Shown here piece by piece: positions 9,917 through 17,908 of a stretch of DNA of 64,000 bases. Origin of the DNA: a virus; the IMG/VR virus record IMGVR_UViG_3300045988_175656; one strand, 5' to 3'. Numbering within the stretch: the first letter of the stretch is position 1; every line of letters begins with the position of its first letter. The notes below the pieces were generated by a model. It did no database searches, was not told the origin of the DNA, and saw only the letters and a program-made list of their open reading frames with translations. The translations under genes were made by a program, and so were the position numbers.

Positions 9917-10705
9917 ATGGATAAAAAGTATTTAAAAGAACATAATCTACTTGAATCCCAACAAAAGTTTAAACAATTATGTGAATATACATTCATTAGT
10001 ACACCATTAGCTGAAGATGATGATGACATGGATAATAGTCAGAATCCTCAACAGGGCGGTAATAATCAACAAATGCCACCTATGGATAATAATGGTAGCA
10101 ATATGCCACCAATGAATGATATGCCCCCACAAAATAGTCAAGACCAAGATATGCCACAAGATGATTCTATGACAGGTGGCGAAGTACCTAATGGTGGTGA
10201 ATTAGGAGATACTTTACCTGATGATTTGGGTGGTGAGGATGACACAGAAGTTGTTGATATGGAAGGTGATGATGAAGAAGTCATTGATGTTGATGATTTG
10301 ACAAATTCACAAGAAGAAACAGAACACAAGGTTGAAGATGCTAATATGAAAATTCAACAAGTTATGGATAAAATAGATTCATTTCTTGGCGCATTGAAAG
10401 CAAATGATGAAAAAATAGCTGATTTGACACATGAATTCCAAAAACGTGTGCCAACTGAAACTGAAAAATTAAATTTACGTTCACAAGCTTCATATCCTTA
10501 TTCTATAAAGCCAAAAGATTATTGGGATGATAAAGCAACTTCTTCTAATTATGATGTAATGTATGATAATGATGTTGCACCTGATAAAGAAGAGAAGGAA
10601 TATACAATCAAGCAATCTGACATTAGTGGTGGAAATGCCAAAAGCATAGCAGACACTTTTGATGTTAAAGATGATATGGATTTGGAGAAGATATTTGGTG
10701 TGTAA
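9917..10705 (+). CDS. Acidic low-complexity protein with MPP(M/Q) repeats and a C-terminal helical part
   Basis: QQMPPMDNNGSNMPPMNDMPPQNSQDQDMPQDD is followed by a D/E/G-rich tract, and the region is locally GC-richer. It is followed by a terminator. Confidence 0.55.
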   Translation: MDKKYLKEHNLLESQQKFKQLCEYTFISTPLAEDDDDMDNSQNPQQGGNNQQMPPMDNNGSNMPPMNDMPPQNSQDQDMPQDDSMTGGEVPNGGELGDTLPDDLGGEDDTEVVDMEGDDEEVIDVDDLTNSQEETEHKVEDANMKIQQVMDKIDSFLGALKANDEKIADLTHEFQKRVPTETEKLNLRSQASYPYSIKPKDYWDDKATSSNYDVMYDNDVAPDKEEKEYTIKQSDISGGNAKSIADTFDVKDDMDLEKIFGV

Positions 10706-10730
10706 TAAACATTTACAAATATAATTTGAT

Positions 10731-10770
10731 AATGGTCAATAATTTAATATTTATTGACCATTATTTTTTT
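10731..10770 (+). terminator. Rho-independent terminator
   Basis: AATGGTCAATAA / TTATTGACCATT form a 12-bp stem with an 8-nt loop, followed by a T-run. Confidence 0.7.
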
Positions 10771-10788
10771 GTAAAAGTGGTAAGTATG

Positions 10789-10810
10789 GAAAATAAGTCG
10801 TATATTTGCA
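10789..10810 (+). promoter_or_regulatory. Early promoter box (22-mer family)
   Basis: GAAAATAAGTCGTATATTTGCA. The identical 22-mer occurs on the minus strand at 46422-46443. Confidence 0.65.
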
Positions 10811-10879
10811 ATGTAATTTAAGTCGGCTGAATTATAAATAAATTTTAATAGAATAATAAAATAAAAAAGTTAAGTATTA

Positions 10880-11881
10880 ATGGAAAATGTTAATATCCCA
10901 CAAGATAGTATTTGGGCACAAAAAGATGAAATAGATTCTAAGAAAGTCTATAAAAAAGTAAATTTTGATACAAAAAATTATTTAAACGTTAAGTTAAAAG
11001 ACAGCGAAGTTACACGAACAGTAACAATTAGATTATTGCCTTTCACTCCTGAAGGTGGTAGCCCATTCCACTTAATCCATTCACATGGTATTAAGGTTAA
11101 TAAAGAATTAGCCCCACAATCAGCAAAACCATATAAAGCATATGTATGTTGTAAACATACAACAGAACTACATGAAAAATATGGAAACAAATGTGCAATT
11201 TGTGATGCTCATGACGAATTTAGTCGCAAGATGAAAACGGCTGAGACAGAGGAAAAGAAAAAAATGTATTCTGATTTGGAGTTCCAAACTAGAAAATCTG
11301 AAAGTTGGATTGTTCGATGTATTGAGCGAGGTAAAGAAGATGAAGGTGTTAAATTTTGGAAATTTAACGTTTCAAAGAAAAATGATGGTATTTATGACAA
11401 ATTATTTAATTTGTTTAAATTAAGAAATGATGAAGCTTTAAATGATGGTGATAAGGAAGGGTATAATATATTCGACTTATATAAAGGTAAGGATTTAGTT
11501 CTTACTTTGACAAAAGCAACAGACGGAAAAGTAAGTATTAGTATTGCTGATGCTGGTAGACCATCTGCTTTATCAAAAGACCCTGAGAAAATAAAGGAAT
11601 GGGTTAATGACCCAAAACAATGGACAGATGTTTATGGTGTAAAAACTTATGATTATCTAAAAGTTGCTTTAGCAGGAGAAGTACCTTATTTTGACCAAGA
11701 TTCAAAAACTTTTATTTCAAAGAAAGAATTTGAAGCTAAAAATAAACAGGAAACTGAAAAAACTGAACAAGAAATAATCGAAGAAGCAGCAGCAATTCAA
11801 AAAGCTGCAAATGCAACTGAAGATGAAGAATTGAGTCAGGTTGAAACGATTGAAGGACCTGCTGATGACCTTCCATTCTAA
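10880..11881 (+). CDS. T4 gp32-like single-stranded DNA-binding protein
   Basis: The architecture parallels gp32: VTIRLLPFTPEGGSPFHLIHSHG, a Zn-site-like CCKH...CAICD, and EGVKFWKFNVSKK. There is an acidic C-terminal tail ending ADDLPF, the classical SSB tail. Confidence 0.8.
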   Translation: MENVNIPQDSIWAQKDEIDSKKVYKKVNFDTKNYLNVKLKDSEVTRTVTIRLLPFTPEGGSPFHLIHSHGIKVNKELAPQSAKPYKAYVCCKHTTELHEKYGNKCAICDAHDEFSRKMKTAETEEKKKMYSDLEFQTRKSESWIVRCIERGKEDEGVKFWKFNVSKKNDGIYDKLFNLFKLRNDEALNDGDKEGYNIFDLYKGKDLVLTLTKATDGKVSISIADAGRPSALSKDPEKIKEWVNDPKQWTDVYGVKTYDYLKVALAGEVPYFDQDSKTFISKKEFEAKNKQETEKTEQEIIEEAAAIQKAANATEDEELSQVETIEGPADDLPF

Positions 11882-11902
11882 AAGAATGTATTATGAGAAA
11901 TT

Positions 11903-11930
11903 CTGACCAAAATTATTTTGGTCAGTTTTC
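11903..11930 (+). terminator. Rho-independent terminator
   Basis: CTGACCAAAA-tta-TTTTGGTCAG forms a 10-bp stem followed by TTTT. Confidence 0.65.
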
Positions 11931-11951
11931 CTCTAATAATTAAATGTAAAT

Positions 11952-12563
11952 ATGGCGAAATTATATTACTATTACGGAACAATGGGTTCGACAAAAACTC
12001 TAACTTTACTTACATCAGCATATCAATTTGAGGAAAAAAATATACCATTTTTGTGTATGAAACCATCAGTTGATACAAGATGCGAAGAAAATATGATTGA
12101 ATCAAGAGTCGGTGTTAAGAGAACCTGTGTTACCATACACCCATCATATAACATATATTCATTGGTTGATAAATATAATCAATCAAGTGATGCAATACTT
12201 CAAGATAAACTAAAATGGATATTAATTGATGAAGCTCAGTTTTTGACTGAAGAACAAATTGACCAACTTGCAGCAATTGTTGATGAATTTGATATTAATG
12301 TTAGCTGTTATGGACTAAGAACCGATTTTAAATCTAGTCTATTTCCAGGCTCTAAACGTTTATTTGAATTGGCAGATACAATTGAAGAAATTAAGTCACC
12401 TTGTTCATGCGGAAGAAAAAGTATTATCAATGCTCGTATTGATGCTAATGGAAAATTAGTTATATCAGGAAAACAAGTAATGATTGGTGGAGATGACAGC
12501 TATATACCTTTGTGTCGTAAATGCTGGAAAGAAAGAATAACAAAAGAAAATACTAACGTTTAA
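11952..12563 (+). CDS. tdk: Thymidine kinase
   Basis: It is collinear with E. coli Tdk: YYYGTMGSTKT (P-loop), ILIDEAQFLT, CYGLRTDF, and the CSCGRK...CRKC zinc motif. Confidence 0.9.
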   Translation: MAKLYYYYGTMGSTKTLTLLTSAYQFEEKNIPFLCMKPSVDTRCEENMIESRVGVKRTCVTIHPSYNIYSLVDKYNQSSDAILQDKLKWILIDEAQFLTEEQIDQLAAIVDEFDINVSCYGLRTDFKSSLFPGSKRLFELADTIEEIKSPCSCGRKSIINARIDANGKLVISGKQVMIGGDDSYIPLCRKCWKERITKENTNV

Positions 12564-13754
12564 ATGGCTAAACAAGCAATTAAAAAGAAAGATGTCAGTG
12601 CATTTGACATCAAATCAATTAAAAATGAAATAGGTATTGGGGTCGAAACTTCAAAGGATATAAAGAAAAGTAACTCTGATAAGCCTTTGGAATGGATAAC
12701 TTTACCAGAAGCTTATCAAGAAGCGGTTAAGTTACCAGGTATTCCAATGGGGTATTTAACATTGTGTAGAGGATGGTCAGATACAGGTAAATCTACACTT
12801 AAAAATTGTATCATTGCTTCAGCAATGAGAATGGGGATTATTCCTGTTATTTATGAAACAGAAGGTAACTTCGATTTCCAACATGCGGTTGATTGCGGTA
12901 TGGAAGCAGAACCCGTGTATGGAGAGGTGGAAGTAGTAGATGAAGAAACAGGGGAAATCAGAGTAGAAACACAAGTTATAAATTATGATGGTAACTTCAT
13001 TTATTTTGACAATGATTTGTTAGCAAAAACGTATGGTAATAGAGATTACGATACTTCAACAAATAAAAAAGAATATAGAACTTATCCAGTCATTGAGGAT
13101 ATTGCATATAGTATGAATTGCCTTTTGGATATGCAAGATGAAGGAAAATTAAATAAACCATTATTGTTTATTTGGGATAGTATTGGAACAGTAACTTCTT
13201 GGAAGAGCTATAAAAGTAAAGCAGGTGGTAATCCAATGAATGAAGCAGCAGCATTAACAAATGCATTCAATATTATTACAAATGTTAGAATACCTAATTC
13301 TAGAAAGATGGCAAACCCTTATACTAATACAATGTTTTGCGTTAATAAGATTTGGAATGATGGAATGAATTCTATGAATGGTTTACCTTCTTTGGAGTTG
13401 AAAGGTGGTAAAAGTATGTATTTCAGTTGTCGATTATTAATTCATGTTGGTGGACAAGCAAAGGCTTCAACTAAAAAATTGAAAGCTACATTAAAAGGTG
13501 AAGAATATAAGTATGGTATGGTTACTAAGATTGAAATTGTTAAGAACCATTTACCAACTCCATATAATGTAACTTATAAAGGTGAAATTTGTTGTGTTCA
13601 TAGTGGAATTATTGGCGTTGATGACATTGACAAATACAAGAAAGAACAAATTCCATTAATTATGGAAAGATTGAAAGCAAATACAGATGTTGATTTCTCA
13701 AATGTGGATGAATCTGATATTAAGTTTGAGGAAGAAGATGAAATGGAATCTTAA
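12564..13754 (+). CDS. RecA/UvsX-family recombinase
   Basis: Walker A is GWSDTGKSTL and Walker B-like is LLFIWDSIGT. The RecA-like segments are NPMNEAAALTNAFNII, LKGGKSMYFSCRLLIHV and KIEIVKNHLPTPY. Confidence 0.75.
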   Translation: MAKQAIKKKDVSAFDIKSIKNEIGIGVETSKDIKKSNSDKPLEWITLPEAYQEAVKLPGIPMGYLTLCRGWSDTGKSTLKNCIIASAMRMGIIPVIYETEGNFDFQHAVDCGMEAEPVYGEVEVVDEETGEIRVETQVINYDGNFIYFDNDLLAKTYGNRDYDTSTNKKEYRTYPVIEDIAYSMNCLLDMQDEGKLNKPLLFIWDSIGTVTSWKSYKSKAGGNPMNEAAALTNAFNIITNVRIPNSRKMANPYTNTMFCVNKIWNDGMNSMNGLPSLELKGGKSMYFSCRLLIHVGGQAKASTKKLKATLKGEEYKYGMVTKIEIVKNHLPTPYNVTYKGEICCVHSGIIGVDDIDKYKKEQIPLIMERLKANTDVDFSNVDESDIKFEEEDEMES

Positions 13755-13780
13755 TTGTTTAATTTTTAAAAATTATAAAA

Positions 13781-14161
13781 ATGAAAGTTTTACTTAAAAA
13801 AGAAGGATATTTTGAGTTTGATGAAACAAAATTCACTAAAATTCCTAGTGATGTATTTAATGCGATGGCAACTACTTCGTTTGAAATTGTTGAAAAAGTA
13901 GATAGTAATATTCCTGAAGTATTATATTTTAAGAATATGAAAGATTATATGACACATGCTTCAAGTGAGAAATATATTTTTGATAAAACAAAAGATGTTT
14001 TTGTTTCACAAAAAGGTGAAATATTTGTGTATTTAAATTCTGTTATAAAATCAGGTAGTGTTATAGTTGATAACAAAGGGTTATCTTCAACAATAACTGC
14101 AAAAGATATTAAGTCAAATGTCACAACCAATTCCGAAAAAGATAGTACAGGCAAAGCCTGA
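13781..14161 (+). CDS. Hypothetical protein (126 aa)
   Basis: An ORF in the operon. Its 3' end overlaps the next gene by 44 nt. Confidence 0.45.
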   Translation: MKVLLKKEGYFEFDETKFTKIPSDVFNAMATTSFEIVEKVDSNIPEVLYFKNMKDYMTHASSEKYIFDKTKDVFVSQKGEIFVYLNSVIKSGSVIVDNKGLSSTITAKDIKSNVTTNSEKDSTGKA

Positions 14162-15323
14162 GTTAGCTGAAAAGACTTTTAATACATTATTAATTGATGG
14201 GTCTAATTTGTTAGAAATATCTTATAATGGAGATAAAAGATGTAATTCTGAAGGGAAACAAGTAGGGGGAATTTTTCAATTTCTCCTACAAATTAAAATA
14301 TTACTTCAGAAAGGAAATTTTGATTATGTTTATACTTTTTGGGATGGTGATAAATCTGGTCAAATGAGATATAATTTATACCCTTTATATAAAGCAAATA
14401 GAGATAAAGTGTTTGATGAACCCAATTTGTCAGATTATTCTAAATCTGTTAATGAAACAGTAAGACAAATGATGAAGTGGGCTAAAGAGAAACAAGCAAA
14501 AAAACGTGAAGAAAATCCTGATAAGTATCAACAAAAATTAAAAGATAAAGAGGTCTTTTATTTTCAAAGAGAAGCTGTTATGAAATGTCTTGAAGAGTTG
14601 TTTGTTAGACAATGTATTTCAGATGGTGTAGAAGCGGATGATTTTATTGGTTATTATGTAGTACATAAAAAACCAAATGAAAGAATTGTTATTTTATCTG
14701 GTGATAGGGATTTAACTCAATTAATTCAAAAAGATGTAATCGTTTATTGCCCATCCCCAAATATGAAAACATTCCTGAATCTAGAGAACCATAAGGATTT
14801 AATTGGTTATAGAGCAGAGAATGTATTGGTTAAGAAAATCATTTGTGGTGATGTGTCTGATAATATAAAAGGTATTAAAGGGGTTGGTGAAGAAACTCTT
14901 TTAAAACATTTTCCAGAATTAAAAGAACGAGAAGTGCATTTAGAAGAGATTTTAGAGCGTTCTAAACAAATGATAGAAGAACGTAAGGCTGATAAGAAAA
15001 AACCTCTAAAATGGACGGAAAACATCATTAATCGAGTTACTGATGGAGTACAAGGCGAAGATATTTTTGAAATTAATGAAAAAATAATTAATTTAAGAAA
15101 ACCTTTACTAACCCCTGAAGCAATTGAACAAATAGATTCAATGATGTATGCCCCATTAGACCCAGATGGAAGGAGTTTACAAAACCTATACAATATCATT
15201 TTGTCTTATGGGATTGATGAATTGAAGGATAGTAATAAGTTTGGTAATTTTTTTATTGAGTTTAAGTACTTGATTGATAAGGAAGAAAAGTTTTTTAAGA
15301 AAGAAAACTCTAAAAACAAATGA
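14118..15323 (+). CDS. 5'-3' exonuclease / flap endonuclease (PIN-like plus H3TH; T4 RNase H / PolI-exo family)
   Basis: Motifs present: LLIDGSNLL, FWDG...YKANR, EADDFIG, ILSGDRDLTQL, and GIKGVGEETL (H3TH). Confidence 0.9.
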   Translation: MSQPIPKKIVQAKPELAEKTFNTLLIDGSNLLEISYNGDKRCNSEGKQVGGIFQFLLQIKILLQKGNFDYVYTFWDGDKSGQMRYNLYPLYKANRDKVFDEPNLSDYSKSVNETVRQMMKWAKEKQAKKREENPDKYQQKLKDKEVFYFQREAVMKCLEELFVRQCISDGVEADDFIGYYVVHKKPNERIVILSGDRDLTQLIQKDVIVYCPSPNMKTFLNLENHKDLIGYRAENVLVKKIICGDVSDNIKGIKGVGEETLLKHFPELKEREVHLEEILERSKQMIEERKADKKKPLKWTENIINRVTDGVQGEDIFEINEKIINLRKPLLTPEAIEQIDSMMYAPLDPDGRSLQNLYNIILSYGIDELKDSNKFGNFFIEFKYLIDKEEKFFKKENSKNK

Positions 15324-15342
15324 TATTTTATTGGCAAATAAC

Positions 15343-15364
15343 AAAAATAAGTTGTATATTTGCA
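15343..15364 (+). promoter_or_regulatory. Early promoter box (22-mer family)
   Basis: AAAAATAAGTTGTATATTTGCA, with TTGG 20 nt upstream of the TA. Confidence 0.65.
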
Positions 15365-15446
15365 CTACGAAACGGAAATGATAATAGCGTTTTAAAAGAA
15401 ATTTTATCAAAAATATGTATGTCAAATTTTGTTTACAAAAATTAAA

Positions 15447-16286
15447 ATGGAACAAAAAAGAGAATATCGTCAAGAACGTTTTCAATTTGTATTATCAGTG
15501 AATGATAATATTATTTGTCAACGTTATTTTAGAATAAACGGTTTCAATGAAGATTCTTTAAATTCTTTGGAGCTGAAAGAAACGGTTGATGAAATTACAA
15601 CTGGTATCATTTCATCAATTCCTCTTCAGGGAATGGATAAATGTTTAACAGGAATGGACAGAGGTTTGATAAACTCTGACCTTGTATCAAAAAGTCGTGT
15701 TTATTTGTGGTACACAAATAACAAAATGCCAATGAAACTTACTGGTTTCGAAAATCCAGCTGAAGCTACATATATTGAATATGAAAATGCTGAAGCTGAT
15801 ATGGAAGAATGGGTTGGTAAAATGCAAAACCCGTGGGAAATAACATTCAAATTTTCTTTCTTGGTGGATGAAAGGGAAGTTTGTACAAGAATTTGGGATG
15901 GCAGTGCATATCCTAAATATGTTAGGGATAGTGTAGACATTACTAACAAGAAAAGTTCATATGAGAATGAAGATGTAAATAGATTATCTTTTTCTGCGAA
16001 CCTTATCAGACACATGACTATTGACAAGACTGACTTAGTGTATAGTATTATTGAAAAGTTTTGTGATGTATTAAGTTCAACTTATACAAAACAATATTAT
16101 TATACAAAAGTTTTGAATTATGGCAATGGTAAACAAAAATCTAAACATGGCAAAAAAACTTACCATTTAAATAACAAATATTATATTAATAGTTTGGAAA
16201 AACTGTACGCCAATAAAACAAAACTGTACATGGATTCACTTTATCCATCGAGAAAAGAATGTGAATACTATAACAATTGTTTATAA
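15447..16286 (+). CDS. Hypothetical protein
   Basis: The track start at 15429 is a TTG. The first ATG in frame is at 15447 (MEQKREY...). The gene lies between the FEN and helicase genes. I recognised no motif. Confidence 0.5.
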   Translation: MEQKREYRQERFQFVLSVNDNIICQRYFRINGFNEDSLNSLELKETVDEITTGIISSIPLQGMDKCLTGMDRGLINSDLVSKSRVYLWYTNNKMPMKLTGFENPAEATYIEYENAEADMEEWVGKMQNPWEITFKFSFLVDEREVCTRIWDGSAYPKYVRDSVDITNKKSSYENEDVNRLSFSANLIRHMTIDKTDLVYSIIEKFCDVLSSTYTKQYYYTKVLNYGNGKQKSKHGKKTYHLNNKYYINSLEKLYANKTKLYMDSLYPSRKECEYYNNCL

Positions 16287-16295
16287 TAAAAAAAT

Positions 16296-17726
16296 ATGGT
16301 AGAAAATTCAAAAAACCGAGATAATTTAGGTTATCTCGGTCCTGAATTTCAATATAAATTAGTAAGGGCATTTATGGATGACCATAAATTTTTTGTAGGC
16401 ATCAATAACATTATTGACCAAAACATGTTTACAGAAAGTGCACTTAGAACTTATGTTGGAGTGTTAAAAGAGTATTATGAAGTACATGAGATGATACCTT
16501 CTTATCAACTCATGGAAATTGAACTTCGTTCAAAGTCTAAAAATGATTTAGAAATTCAAACATATGTAGATACTTTAAAAAAGATTAAACAAACACCTAA
16601 TGAGGGAATTGATAGTATAAGAGATATTGCTGATAGGTTTTTTAAACAACAGAATTTAACTAAAGCTATTAATAAGATTAGTAAAGTCATTGAAAATGGC
16701 GAATATGACAGATATTATGAATGTGAAGATATAATTCGTAAAGCTCTTGAAGTTGGAAGTGAAGAAGATTTAGGAATTGGTGTGTTTGACAATCTTGAAT
16801 TAGTTCTTTCAGATGATTATAGATGTCCAATTCCAACAGGTATTGGTAAAATTGATGAAACTTTGGAAGGTGGTTTAGGTAAAGGTGAACTTGGTATTGT
16901 ATTAGGTCCATCATCATTTGGTAAAACATCTTTAACAACTGCAATGGTTTCTTATGCTGCAACTTATAAGTGTGATAAAAACGATTATAAAGGCTTTAAA
17001 GTCCTACAAATCGTATTTGAGGATAGGGAGAAACAAATTCAACGTAAACACCTTGGTAGAATTGCTGATGTTGAAGCAAAAGATTTATCAAAACCAAACT
17101 TTAAAGAACAAGTTTTAAAATCTATTAATAATTTTGAAGATTATGAATTAATTAAAAATAATATCAGAATTATTCGTTTTCAAAGTGGTGAAAAAACTGC
17201 AAGTCAAATAAGACAATTTATTAAAAAGTTGATAAATTCAGGATTTAAACCTGATATGGTTATTGTCGATTATTTTGAATGTGTTAAACTTGAAGCAGGA
17301 ACAACAGCAGGTGATAATGAATGGTCAAGAGAAGGTATTACAATGCGTAAATTTGAATCTATGGCTAACGAACTGGATATTGCATTATGGGTTCCAATTC
17401 AAGGTACTAAAGATTCTCTTGGGGCTGAATTGGTTACAATGAGTCAAGGTGGTGGTTCTGTAAAAAAAATTCAGATTGGTCATATTATTATGTCTATTGC
17501 TCGTACAATGGAAAGCATTGAACGTAATTTGGCAACCATTGCAATTCTTAAAAATCGTGCAGGTAAAGCTGGTAAAGTATTTAACAATGTTGAGTTCAAT
17601 AATGGTACATGTAGAATCAGTACTGATAATATTGACGAATTTAATATGGTTGAATATAATGAGGATAAACAAAAACAAAGAGAACAACTTGCCAAAGAAG
17701 TGATTAATGGACTTGGTAAGAAATAA
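16296..17726 (+). CDS. DnaB-like replicative helicase
   Basis: It has RecA-type Walker A (GPSSFGKTSL), Walker B (MVIVDYFE), and an N-terminal helical domain typical of DnaB/gp41-like helicases. Confidence 0.8.
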   Translation: MVENSKNRDNLGYLGPEFQYKLVRAFMDDHKFFVGINNIIDQNMFTESALRTYVGVLKEYYEVHEMIPSYQLMEIELRSKSKNDLEIQTYVDTLKKIKQTPNEGIDSIRDIADRFFKQQNLTKAINKISKVIENGEYDRYYECEDIIRKALEVGSEEDLGIGVFDNLELVLSDDYRCPIPTGIGKIDETLEGGLGKGELGIVLGPSSFGKTSLTTAMVSYAATYKCDKNDYKGFKVLQIVFEDREKQIQRKHLGRIADVEAKDLSKPNFKEQVLKSINNFEDYELIKNNIRIIRFQSGEKTASQIRQFIKKLINSGFKPDMVIVDYFECVKLEAGTTAGDNEWSREGITMRKFESMANELDIALWVPIQGTKDSLGAELVTMSQGGGSVKKIQIGHIIMSIARTMESIERNLATIAILKNRAGKAGKVFNNVEFNNGTCRISTDNIDEFNMVEYNEDKQKQREQLAKEVINGLGKK

Positions 17727-17732
17727 TTACTA

Positions 17733-17762
17733 AAAAACGAGTACTAAATATGCTCGTTTTTT
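17733..17762 (+). terminator. Rho-independent terminator
   Basis: AAAAACGAG-tactaaatatg-CTCGTTTTT, followed by T-rich sequence. Confidence 0.6.
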
Positions 17763-17908
17763 GTTTTTATATCATAAAAATTTTTAAAAATTTTTTCTTT
17801 TTGATTATCAAAAAATTAAATAGTAAATGTTGAAGTAATTTATATTATAGCTTATAATTTATAAAAACAGATGCTTATTTATAAATTACAAAATTTAATG
17901 TTTTAATT

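Noticed and set aside
15186-15485. A 99-aa minus-strand ORF spanning the 15324-15428 intergenic region.
   Set aside because: It covers a plus-strand early promoter box and the ends of two plus-strand genes. It has a low-complexity Phe/Leu/Lys translation and no minus-strand promoter box.
17727-17908. A cobalamin riboswitch or NrdR box upstream of the class II RNR gene.
   Set aside because: The leader is only 182 nt and almost pure A/T. It is too short and too GC-poor for a B12 riboswitch, and no NrdR-box-like palindrome is visible. I recorded only an AT-only inverted repeat, as a low-interest finding.
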